Origin: Alphaproteobacteria bacterium
GTDB taxonomy: Bacteria > Pseudomonadota > Alphaproteobacteria > CAAHEQ01 > UBA3637
Length of the DNA: 64,000 nt
Assembly (NCBI GenBank): GCA_045532865.1
Contig: JAZSGT010000048.1
Coordinates: 128 to 64,127 of the forward strand
Direction: 5' to 3'
In this document: piece by piece, positions 45,087 to 53,918 of the stretch
Numbering within the stretch: position 1 is the stretch's first letter
Layout: each line of letters opens with the position of its first letter
The notes under the pieces: generated by a model
Told to the model about the DNA's origin: nothing
Databases searched by the model: none
The model's input: only the letters and a program-made list of their open reading frames with translations
Made by a program: the position numbers and the translations under genes

Positions 45087-46043
45087 TTGAAAGAATTTCT
45101 TTTTAATCAAATTAAAGAGATGGGGTTTAATTATCTCAGAATCAGTTTAACCAAGGATTGTAATGGAGCGTGTGCTTTTTGCCACAATGAAGGGCAGAAA
45201 AAAGGCATGAGGGGCTCTCGAGCTGTGCCTCTTGTTACAGAGTTATCGCTCAATGATTATGAATATATTGCCGATTTTTTCAGACCTTGTTTAAGGTCTG
45301 TTTCTTTTACGGGGGGAGAGCCAACTTTGGTACGTAATTTGCCAGAAGTTGTACATATATTTAAATCGCGTGGTTATCAAACTAAAATGACAACAAATGG
45401 CTTTTTGCTGACAAATGAGTTGCAACATCGCTTAAAAGTGGCAGGACTTGATGCCATAAATGTGAGCCTTTCAACATTAAATCCTGTCCAGCATGGGGCA
45501 TTGTTTAATGTTTCAAATCAGTTTTCAGCCGTGATGAAAAATCTTGAAAATTTGTCTCATAATTTTAAAGGGCAAGCCAAAATTAACTTTATGGCGCTTG
45601 AAAATGTGACGGTTCCAGGGCAGTTAATACCCATGTCGGAGTTGAGTGCAAAACTTGGAATTACCATTAGCTTTTTAACCATTCTTGAAAATGGGGCTGA
45701 GTTGTCAGATTTTGTTTTAAATTATCTGCAAGACCATATTGGTCAAGTATGGGAAGAAGAAGTTCCTTCAAAATTTGGAACAAAACGAATCTGTTATTTT
45801 GAAAATGGAGCTGTTTGGGAATTTGATGATTTTCGAAAAGAAGAATATAAACAAGTTGCCTTTAAAAATAAAATATGTCAATCTTGTCCATTGAAAGAAA
45901 AGTGTGTTGAAGGTCCTTATGCCTTGCGTGTAGCTGCAAATGGCGATTTACGTCCTTGTTTAGTTCGGTCAGATAACATTATTTTATTTCAAGAAAATGG
46001 ATATGCAAATGATAGAGGAGATCTTTTAAATGCTGTTGTATGA
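45087..46043 (+). CDS. Radical SAM enzyme, MoaA-like
   Basis: It uses a TTG start 5 nt after an AAAGGAGGG SD. LRISLTKDCNGACAFCHNEG contains the CX3CX2C. FTGGEPTL and MTTNGFLL...LKVAGLDAINVSLSTL are present. The C-terminal CQSC...LRVAANGDLRPCL resembles the MoaA second-cluster region. Confidence 0.8.
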   Translation: MKEFLFNQIKEMGFNYLRISLTKDCNGACAFCHNEGQKKGMRGSRAVPLVTELSLNDYEYIADFFRPCLRSVSFTGGEPTLVRNLPEVVHIFKSRGYQTKMTTNGFLLTNELQHRLKVAGLDAINVSLSTLNPVQHGALFNVSNQFSAVMKNLENLSHNFKGQAKINFMALENVTVPGQLIPMSELSAKLGITISFLTILENGAELSDFVLNYLQDHIGQVWEEEVPSKFGTKRICYFENGAVWEFDDFRKEEYKQVAFKNKICQSCPLKEKCVEGPYALRVAANGDLRPCLVRSDNIILFQENGYANDRGDLLNAVV

Positions 46044-46470
46044 GCGTGGAATTGAGGTAATTGTTGGTGCTTATATCATTAATGAAAAAAATGAGGTGCT
46101 TTTATTTCAGTCTCCAAAATGGGATGACGAATGGACTATTTGTGGTGGGCATATTAATGTGGGCGAAACAATTGAAAATGCAACACAAAGAGAGTTGAAG
46201 GAAGAAACAGGATTAGACATTCAGTTAATTGATACATTAGCCGTTGGAAACTTTTTTGCCCATCCTCCTAAATTTAAACGGCATGCTCATTTTATTTTTA
46301 TAGACTCAGTTGCAAAGATTATAGGGGGGCAAATGATGCTTGACCAACGCGAAATTACAAATGCGCATTGGTTTACAATTGATGAAGCACTAATGCTTGA
46401 AAAAATATCTCCTTCATGCAAAAAAGGACTTCAAAAATTAAAAAGTTGGGTTGAAAAGCAAAACAGATAA
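46030..46470 (+). CDS. Nudix hydrolase (canonical Nudix box)
   Basis: GGHINVGETIENATQRELKEETGL fits GX5EX7REUXEEXGU exactly. It overlaps the radical-SAM gene by 14 nt. Confidence 0.85.
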   Translation: MLLYERGIEVIVGAYIINEKNEVLLFQSPKWDDEWTICGGHINVGETIENATQRELKEETGLDIQLIDTLAVGNFFAHPPKFKRHAHFIFIDSVAKIIGGQMMLDQREITNAHWFTIDEALMLEKISPSCKKGLQKLKSWVEKQNR

Positions 46471-46473
46471 AAC

Positions 46474-46899
46474 TTATCTTGTGTTTTGCACTTGTTGAAA
46501 GGATGTAAGATTTGCCTTTTGAACAGTTTGAGGTTTATGGTTTGATTTGCTTTTGTGATGACACTTGACTAACCCAAATACACAAAGTGTGGCTAAAATG
46601 AACACTGGTGTTGCCATGAGGATATTGGTATGAATGGGATTTGCAAGTTTGTTAAATTCTTTTTTTGTGTATTTTTTTAACAAGGAAAAATATTCCATCC
46701 GTTTTGTGTTGGAAATGTTTTTTGTGTCTACATGAACGTGTTTGGGAGTGTTTTTAAACTGTACGCCATATGTTTCAATTTCATTCCCATATTCAAATGG
46801 GATGTTACATTTCTTTGCAGCCAATTCTTTTGCGCGTGAAGTGGCAATAATCTCAATAGTTGTAGAATAATATCTGTCTTTTGAATAAGTCATGTGCAT
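46474..46899 (-). CDS. Hypothetical tail-anchored membrane protein
   Basis: The ORF is open. A single C-proximal TM (ILMATPVFILATLCVFGLV) is present. The start may be the ATG at 46893. Confidence 0.45.
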   Translation of the reverse strand: MHMTYSKDRYYSTTIEIIATSRAKELAAKKCNIPFEYGNEIETYGVQFKNTPKHVHVDTKNISNTKRMEYFSLLKKYTKKEFNKLANPIHTNILMATPVFILATLCVFGLVKCHHKSKSNHKPQTVQKANLTSFQQVQNTR

Positions 46900-47016
46900 C
46901 CTTTAAAAAAATTGTAGGAGGCGCATTATATCATAAATTTTCACTAATTAAAAGTTTTTTTCAAAATGTATATAATTAAAAAAGAATAAGAAATTCAATT
47001 TTATTACATGTTTGAA

Positions 47017-47511
47017 TTAGATTTTTTTAATTCCACGAGGAATTTCTCCAAATTTGTTTGCCGTTTTGTTGCTTGGGAGAAAAACCAAAATACATGGGAC
47101 AATTGGTATTAAAATCCACCAAGCCGAAAATCCAACATCATGCATACGTCTAATTGTGAGGCAAATAGCAGGGGGAATAAAAATGAGGTTAATTATTTTT
47201 ATTGCTATAAAAAGAAAAAACAATAGAGGTATGAAGCAAGAAAGTAAGAATAATCCAAGTAAAAAGGTAATGTAACCCAATATGAACCCAAAGAATTCTT
47301 TTCTTCTTGCTCGACCTTCAATTTTAAAATATTTTTCAGTCATACAATATAAAAAATAACTTAAAAGAGGGAGGTTTCTTGTGTCGTCGTTTAAGGGTTT
47401 TTCAACAGTGAAGTGTTTGGGGCCAACAGATAGTGCTTGGTATTCTTTTTCAGAAATGATACCCTTTTGTTTTAATTCATATAATTGTTGTAGGTTCAGC
47501 TGATTATCCAT
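47017..47511 (-). CDS. DUF805-family inner-membrane protein with an N-terminal SHOCT-like helix
   Basis: GRARRKEFFGF and IRRMHDVGFSAWW are the DUF805 hallmarks. The N-terminal LQQLYELKQKGIISEKEYQAL is SHOCT-like. Confidence 0.75.
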   Translation of the reverse strand: MDNQLNLQQLYELKQKGIISEKEYQALSVGPKHFTVEKPLNDDTRNLPLLSYFLYCMTEKYFKIEGRARRKEFFGFILGYITFLLGLFLLSCFIPLLFFLFIAIKIINLIFIPPAICLTIRRMHDVGFSAWWILIPIVPCILVFLPSNKTANKFGEIPRGIKKI

Positions 47512-47514
47512 TTT

Positions 47515-48027
47515 TTAACTTTCATTCATCAAATTTTTATTTGCTTTTAAAATGCCTTGAGGTACATCTCCATAGGTGTTTGCTGTTTTATTGCTTTTGA
47601 TGCAAAACAAAATGAGAGGAAAGATAGGCATTAATACCCATAATCCTGAAAAGTTAATGTCATGCAATCTTCTAATCGAAACACAAATAGAGGGGAGGAA
47701 AAGGTATAAATAAAGTAGATAATTAATAATTTGATAGATTATAACAGAGTCTAGCAAAATGAAAAGAACAGCGTATAATGTTAACTTTAACAAGATATAA
47801 GTTGTAAAAAAACCAAAAAACTCTTTTCGTCTAGCCCGTCCTTCAAAAACCGAATATTTATCCGTAATGCAGTGTAAAAAATACACAAAAAAAGGTAATT
47901 CCTCTGTTTGAATGGGTTTAATATCAGATAATCCAGAATTTGTTATTAATGCTTGGTATTCTTTTTCAGAGATAATCCCTTTTTGTTTTAATTCATATAA
48001 TTGTTGTATATCTGTATTTTTTTTCAT
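47515..48027 (-). CDS. DUF805-family inner-membrane protein, tandem paralogue
   Basis: GRARRKEFFGF and IRRLHDINFSGLW are present, with an identical QQLYELKQKGIISEKEYQAL block. I chose the start at the ATG 48027, behind an AAGGA SD. Confidence 0.75.
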   Translation of the reverse strand: MKKNTDIQQLYELKQKGIISEKEYQALITNSGLSDIKPIQTEELPFFVYFLHCITDKYSVFEGRARRKEFFGFFTTYILLKLTLYAVLFILLDSVIIYQIINYLLYLYLFLPSICVSIRRLHDINFSGLWVLMPIFPLILFCIKSNKTANTYGDVPQGILKANKNLMNES

Positions 48028-48146
48028 TCTTGTATCCTTTTGTGTTAACATATTAAATTTTATTTAAAATAGCAATAAAAATAATTCTATGTTTTTTATA
48101 AAAAAGTTTTAATATATTGATTTTTCGATAAATTAAAGAGTATGTT

Positions 48147-48174
48147 TGCTATAATTTTGTTTTTATGATATAAT
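48147..48174 (+). promoter_or_regulatory. Two adjacent extended -10 elements upstream of 48209
   Basis: TGcTATAAT lies at 48147-48155 and TGaTATAAT at 48166-48174. An AGGAGG SD precedes the ATG at 48209. Confidence 0.5.
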
Positions 48175-48208
48175 ATTTTTTAGATTATTTTTATCTTTAG
48201 GAGGAAAT

Positions 48209-49828
48209 ATGGGATATTTGGTTGATCTAGCAAAAAAGTATGGTATAAAGCCAAACCCATCTATGACGCCTAAAGAAGCGCGTGCTGTGATAGAGCAGTT
48301 GAAAGAAATTTTAAAACAAGGGCAAACAGCTTATACAAAAAAGAAAATGGATGATCAAAATCAATTTTCTGAAATTTTGTATGCAAGGCAAAAGTGTGTG
48401 GAACGATTTTTTGATAGAGAGCTTTATGAAAAACATATTTCATTGTTTAATGAGGAAAGAAAAGGGATTATTACATCAACACAGTTTTCAGAGCTAAAAG
48501 AAAAAGGTTTTGATAGAAGTGGGTCCTTTGTTTTTCAAATTGCTGAAAATGCTCCTCCTGCATGTGAGAGATTTGTTTGTGATATTGATATTACGTCAAG
48601 TGAGTTTCCAAATGTTCTTGAAAATTTGAGACGCTTTATTTTAAAACATAATGCCTCTTTTAAAGTTCCATATTTAAGATCAGCTAATCGTTCAGATGCA
48701 TTAAATTGTTATATGCCAAAAGAAATTACAAAAGAATTGGCACAAGAATTTTATCAAATTGTTAAACCTTGTTTAAAAGATATTTTTGATGATAAATTAG
48801 ATGGTATTCCCCTTTATTTTAAGGGTGAAAAAATTAAAGGTATTCGAATTGGACCAGAACACTATATTAAAGATAAAGCAAAACGCGCTCAAATTGAAAA
48901 AGAATTATTTGAAAAATTAGATTTAGCAAGGCGCCAACTTCCAGCAACATTTACGGGTGCTCTCGTTTTTTTAATGGGGGCTGGAGCAAATGCAAAATCA
49001 ACAAGTTCTTTGGGTGAAAAATGTTCACAAATTGAAGTGTATGATTTTGTTTATTATATGGCTGGTATGGAAGGAAAATCTCCCATTAAATTATTAGATT
49101 CAAATTTTTTAACCACATATCAAAAACATATTGATATAGCCCCTCAAACTGAAAGGGAAAAAGAAGGTGTTCCCCCATTAACAGTGCAAAAACCTGTTTT
49201 GCCTCAAGACAAAATGGCAGTTTTATCACTTGCAAAAAAAGCTGCAGCATATTTTGTTGTTAAAAACGGTGTTTTGCAATTTAAAGATGATTTATCGCAA
49301 AGTGAACTTGCGAACAGACCCCGTATGAATGTGTATGAAACGCTTGGTATTAAGGCGAGACCTTTAAAGCGCCCTTCGGGAGAAACATATGCATATGTGC
49401 CAACAGGTGAACAAGATCGCTCTAAGTGGAATGATTTTTTAAATTTAGTTCGAAAAGAAAATTATAATAACGCTGAACCTAAAAAATTAGAAACAATAGA
49501 TGTAAATAAGGTTATTTTGTCTGCCTCAGCTGATTTTAAAGCTGTTGGAGAAAATTTATATTTTCGAAATATGCAAAACAAACAACATAATGCTGGGGTA
49601 AATGCTTATTTGATTGAGGGAGAACAATATAATTCGTTGCCAGATTTTTTAAGAAAAAGATATCATATTTTTACAGCTCCTATTGTTGAAAAAGGAAAAG
49701 TTGTTGGGTTTAAAGCTGTTGGGCAAAAGGCTAAACAAGCGTTGTCTTTGTTGCTTCAACAATTAAAACAACCTGAAAAATATGATAAAATACGTTTGAC
49801 AAACGCCTCTTTTAAAGAAACAAGATAA
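48209..49828 (+). CDS. Hypothetical 539-aa protein
   Basis: It has a strong SD, non-repetitive composition and a terminator downstream. I cannot place it in a family with confidence. Confidence 0.7.
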   Translation: MGYLVDLAKKYGIKPNPSMTPKEARAVIEQLKEILKQGQTAYTKKKMDDQNQFSEILYARQKCVERFFDRELYEKHISLFNEERKGIITSTQFSELKEKGFDRSGSFVFQIAENAPPACERFVCDIDITSSEFPNVLENLRRFILKHNASFKVPYLRSANRSDALNCYMPKEITKELAQEFYQIVKPCLKDIFDDKLDGIPLYFKGEKIKGIRIGPEHYIKDKAKRAQIEKELFEKLDLARRQLPATFTGALVFLMGAGANAKSTSSLGEKCSQIEVYDFVYYMAGMEGKSPIKLLDSNFLTTYQKHIDIAPQTEREKEGVPPLTVQKPVLPQDKMAVLSLAKKAAAYFVVKNGVLQFKDDLSQSELANRPRMNVYETLGIKARPLKRPSGETYAYVPTGEQDRSKWNDFLNLVRKENYNNAEPKKLETIDVNKVILSASADFKAVGENLYFRNMQNKQHNAGVNAYLIEGEQYNSLPDFLRKRYHIFTAPIVEKGKVVGFKAVGQKAKQALSLLLQQLKQPEKYDKIRLTNASFKETR

Positions 49829-49873
49829 GAAACATGTTTTTTGTTGTACCAAGTAAAGGTAGAGTTAAAATAA

Positions 49874-49908
49874 CCCCTCTTTTGTGAACAGAGGGGCATT
49901 TTTTTTTT
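49874..49908 (+). terminator. Rho-independent terminator
   Basis: cccctc (49874-49879) pairs with gagggg (49891-49896), followed by a T10 run. Confidence 0.8.
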
Positions 49909-49920
49909 GAAGGGTGAATT

Positions 49921-50799
49921 TTAATTGTTAATCCATTTTTCAATATATGTTTTAGATATGTTTAAATTGCCTTGACCAACGGCTATGTTTATATCTGTTT
50001 TTTTTATACCATGGTAATCAGAACCACCACTGATGAATAGGTTATGTTCATTGGCGTAACATTCTAAAATTTTCATTTCAGTTTCGTTGACAGAAGGGTG
50101 AAAACATTCAATCCCGTCAAGTTCTTTTTCACTGCGAAGCAAGTCAATGAATTGGATGGTATTTTCAAAGCGATATTCAAATGGATGTGCTAAAAAAGCA
50201 AGGCCACCAGCTTGATGAATGGTATCAATCACATCTTTATATTGAGGTTGCGGCATATCATTCAAAATGACGCAATAATCACTTTCAGGGTTTAGAAGGC
50301 CCTTTCGAATAAATGTGCCTAAAGAATGAGCAAGTTCTCCTAAAATAGGGAGATTTTCTTTATAGTTGATGAGTTCTTGATAGATATAAATGGAGATATA
50401 ATCTGTTAAAGGAATGTCTTTTTTGATGTTGTTTTCATCAAAAATAAGACCTTTTTTTCTGCAAGCATCAAACAGTTTTTCTTTTACCATTGTTTGCTGT
50501 TTTTGTAATTTTTCTTTACAAAAGAATTTGTTATTCCAATTTTCAATAACTTGTGAATCCTTAATGTTATAGGCTAAAATTTCAATTTTTTTATTTTGCC
50601 AAATGGCATCCATTTCAAGCCCTTTGATGATTTTTCCACTGAAAAAACCTCCCAATAAGGCAGGGTCATCATATTGTTTAATATTATTATGATCTGTAAT
50701 TGAAATATATTCTAATTTGTTTTTTTCGCAAATTTTCAAAAGTTCTTCAATCGTTTTATCCCCATCGGAATAAAGCGTGTGCATGTGCATATCGATCAT
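49921..50799 (-). CDS. PHP-domain phosphoesterase (TrpH/YciV-like)
   Basis: MIDMHMHTLYSDGD ... ISITDHNN ... LAHP ... GGSDYHG are PHP metal-binding motifs. Confidence 0.85.
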   Translation of the reverse strand: MIDMHMHTLYSDGDKTIEELLKICEKNKLEYISITDHNNIKQYDDPALLGGFFSGKIIKGLEMDAIWQNKKIEILAYNIKDSQVIENWNNKFFCKEKLQKQQTMVKEKLFDACRKKGLIFDENNIKKDIPLTDYISIYIYQELINYKENLPILGELAHSLGTFIRKGLLNPESDYCVILNDMPQPQYKDVIDTIHQAGGLAFLAHPFEYRFENTIQFIDLLRSEKELDGIECFHPSVNETEMKILECYANEHNLFISGGSDYHGIKKTDINIAVGQGNLNISKTYIEKWINN

Positions 50800-50941
50800 G
50801 GTGTTTGTCTCCTTAAACTTTTTTTGACCATAACATTTTTTACGAATAAATGCAAGAAGGATAGAATCTTTTTAGAATGAAGGGATTGAAATTTTTTATA
50901 AATTATGATAAGTTTAAAAAAATCAGTTGGTTGTGATAAAG

Positions 50942-52111
50942 ATGATACGCAGAAATTTATTGTTATTTAAGTTGGATAATTTTTTGGGAGGGTTGTGGCC
51001 ATTGTCAGCCTTATCCATTGTTTATTTTGAACAAATAACAGCGTCTTATGCATTGGCAATGGCTGTGTTTTCCCTCTCATCTCTTGTGACAACGTTTATG
51101 GAAATTCCAGTTGGTATTTTTTCTGATAAAGTAGGGCGCAGAAAAACACTTATATGCTCTCCGATTTTGGTTTTTTTGACTTTTTTGTTTTGGGCACTTG
51201 CTGGTCAATTTTCTTGCATAGAGTTTTTGTTTTTAGGTTCTTTTTTTTGGGGAACAAGTGCTGCTATTGCTTCTGGAACAGCTGACGCACTTGTTTATGA
51301 AACGATGGAAGAACTTAAAAAACAAGGTGATTTTAATGTTCAATATGCCAAAAATGGGGGGTGGAATCAAGTTGGGTTGGCTTTAAGCGCTATCTCAGCT
51401 GGGGTGGTTACGTATTTTTTCTCTTTACAAGTATTGGCATGGGTTTCAATTTTACCCTCTTTGATACACATTATCGTTATTTATTTTTTTGTTGAGCCTA
51501 AACGAAACAGAGTTGATCAACGTGTAACTTCTTTTAAACATTTTTTAATTTCATTTAGGCGATTGAAAAGAAATAAACGGTTGCGTTTTTTTGCTATCAT
51601 TAATTTGATTGATAATGCATTTGGAATGGCTTCATTTCGCTTTGAAAGTGCTTATTATCAACTCTTTATTTCTGACTGGTTAATAAATATGGCCAGATTT
51701 TTAAAACAACTTTCTGGTATTATTGGTTTTTTTGTGGTGCCATATATTCGCAAAATTGGGATGATAAAGTTGTTTTTTTCTTCTATGTTTGGAAACGTGT
51801 TTGTGCGTGTATTAGGGGTTTCTTTAAGCAATGTTTTAACGCCGTTTATTATGTCAATGGTTAATCTTTTTTATGGGATGGGTAGAACAGCTAACGCTGA
51901 TATTATGCAAAAAGAATTTTCACCACACCAACGGGCAACAATGCAGTCGATTATCTCATTTTTATCGGGAATTTTGCTTGCAATTGTGATGGTTGTTTTT
52001 GGTTTTATTGGGGATATGTATGGCCCTACAATTGCCATTATATTAGCAATTGCTGTTAAAGGGTTAACAATGATTATTTCGCTTTGCCTTATCAAAAAAG
52101 TTTATAAATAA
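50942..52111 (+). CDS. MFS transporter
   Basis: There are about 12 hydrophobic segments. GIFSDKVGRRKTL is the MFS loop 2-3 motif. I use the first ATG at 50942, since the track start at 50927 is a TTG. Confidence 0.8.
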   Translation: MIRRNLLLFKLDNFLGGLWPLSALSIVYFEQITASYALAMAVFSLSSLVTTFMEIPVGIFSDKVGRRKTLICSPILVFLTFLFWALAGQFSCIEFLFLGSFFWGTSAAIASGTADALVYETMEELKKQGDFNVQYAKNGGWNQVGLALSAISAGVVTYFFSLQVLAWVSILPSLIHIIVIYFFVEPKRNRVDQRVTSFKHFLISFRRLKRNKRLRFFAIINLIDNAFGMASFRFESAYYQLFISDWLINMARFLKQLSGIIGFFVVPYIRKIGMIKLFFSSMFGNVFVRVLGVSLSNVLTPFIMSMVNLFYGMGRTANADIMQKEFSPHQRATMQSIISFLSGILLAIVMVVFGFIGDMYGPTIAIILAIAVKGLTMIISLCLIKKVYK

Positions 52112-52130
52112 ACTTAAAAAAGAGCCGTTT

Positions 52131-53093
52131 TTATGCTTTCTTTTTAAATAAATGAACTTGTGTTTTAAAGTAAGCAATGGTTTTATCAAGCCCTTCATCT
52201 AGCATGATTTTCGGTTCCCAATTCAACTTTGTTTTGGCAAGAGTGATATCTGGTCTTCTTTGTGCTGGATCATCTGAGGGTAAATCTTTATAAACAACTT
52301 TTGCCTGTCCATTGATTTTGGATACAACTTTTTCAGCTAATTCTTTTATGGTAAATTCGACAGGATTTCCAATGTTGATAGGACCTGTAAAATCTTTTTC
52401 AGAATTCATCATTTTTATAAGAACATCAATTAAATCATCAACATAACAAAATGAACGTGTTTGTTCTCCGGTACCATAAATGGTAATATCTTGTCCACTT
52501 AAGGCTTGACAGATAAAGTTTGAAACAACACGGCCATCATTTGGGTCCATATTGGGACCATATGTGTTAAAAATACGAACAACTTTGATATCAACTCCTT
52601 CATGGCGATGGTAATCAAAAAAAAGGCTTTCAGCACAGCGTTTTCCTTCATCATAACAGGCTCTAATTCCAATAGGGTTAACATTGCCACGATAAGATTC
52701 TGTTTGGGGATGAACAAGTGGATCGCCATAGACTTCAGATGTGGATGTTTGCAAAATTCTAGCATTATGTTCTTTTGCCAATTCTAACATGTTGATGGCA
52801 CCTAAAACGCATGTTTTTGTTGTTTTGATAGAATAAGATCCTTGATAGGCAGGGGGAGAAGCAGGACAAGCCATGTTATAAATTTGATCAATTTTTTCAC
52901 GAATTGTTAAAGAATTGCAAATATCATGTTCAATAAAATGAAAATGAGGATGGTTGATAATACTTTGAACGTTGCTTAATCTACCTGTGTAATTGTTATC
53001 AACAGCAATTACTTTATTGCCTTCTTGGATAAGGCGAATACATAGGTTTGATCCTAAAAAGCCAGTTCCACCAGTAACCAAAATTGTTTTCAT
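52131..53093 (-). CDS. UDP-glucuronate decarboxylase (UDP-xylose synthase-like SDR)
   Basis: [52 protein letters not shown] (YxxxK) and RIFNTYGP are present. Confidence 0.85.
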   Translation of the reverse strand: MKTILVTGGTGFLGSNLCIRLIQEGNKVIAVDNNYTGRLSNVQSIINHPHFHFIEHDICNSLTIREKIDQIYNMACPASPPAYQGSYSIKTTKTCVLGAINMLELAKEHNARILQTSTSEVYGDPLVHPQTESYRGNVNPIGIRACYDEGKRCAESLFFDYHRHEGVDIKVVRIFNTYGPNMDPNDGRVVSNFICQALSGQDITIYGTGEQTRSFCYVDDLIDVLIKMMNSEKDFTGPINIGNPVEFTIKELAEKVVSKINGQAKVVYKDLPSDDPAQRRPDITLAKTKLNWEPKIMLDEGLDKTIAYFKTQVHLFKKKA

Positions 53094-53290
53094 GTACTAC
53101 CTCTTATAAAAGACTGATTGTTTATTTTTAAGTAAACAGTATCACATACTCTAAGCATATGCAAGGAAAGAGAGTTGTTGTTTTAAAGAAATAAGAATAC
53201 TTCCTTATGATAGGGATGATGAAAGGCTTTTGCTTGACAGAAAGATTTTTTTTCTTTAATACAATTATATGTATTCTTTTAGGAGGTATT

Positions 53291-53857
53291 ATGTTTCAAA
53301 AGGGGTTAGGGGTCTTTTTTATTTGTTTAGGTTTAAGTTTTTCAGTCTATGCAAGATCTGGTGCTTATTTTGCTGTTCGAGGGGGATTAAGTGATTTGCG
53401 TGAAACAGAAGTCCTTGATGTAAATGAAGCAAGCGCTGTGCCATCAGGGGCAATTGGTGTTCACTCTGGCCCTTTTCGTGCTGAAGTGGAATACACATAT
53501 CAACCATCAACTGAATTGGTTCAAGATGCGCTCGAAAATGATATTTTAACCACAGAATTTCATCGTGTGATGGCCAATGGATATTTAGATTTAAGAGTGA
53601 CAAGAAATGTTCTTCCTTATTTGACGGCTGGAGCAGGGATTGCACGCCACAATATTGAAGTGTTGGAAGAAAAGATTTCTGGCTCTAATTTTGCTTGGAG
53701 CGTTGGCGCAGGTGTTGGCCTTCGTTTAACCAGAAATGTTACAGCTGATGCTGGTATAAGATATATTGATTTGGGGAAAGTTGAAATCAATGATGGTCAA
53801 AAGGAACTTGCTTTTGACACGGTTGAAACATACGCTGGTTTGCGCTTTATGTTTTAA
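53291..53857 (+). CDS. Outer-membrane beta-barrel protein (OmpA-like/Omp25-type porin family)
   Basis: An AGGAGG SD lies at 53281-53286 before the ATG at 53291. A signal peptide (FFICLGLSFSVYA) is present. The body shows an alternating beta-strand pattern, and the C-terminus ends YAGLRFMF. Confidence 0.75.
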   Translation: MFQKGLGVFFICLGLSFSVYARSGAYFAVRGGLSDLRETEVLDVNEASAVPSGAIGVHSGPFRAEVEYTYQPSTELVQDALENDILTTEFHRVMANGYLDLRVTRNVLPYLTAGAGIARHNIEVLEEKISGSNFAWSVGAGVGLRLTRNVTADAGIRYIDLGKVEINDGQKELAFDTVETYAGLRFMF

Positions 53858-53918
53858 TAAGTAAGCTGGGTTTAAAATGCTATTTCCTTATGTTCGTAAA
53901 GTTAGATTTGTGAGAAAA

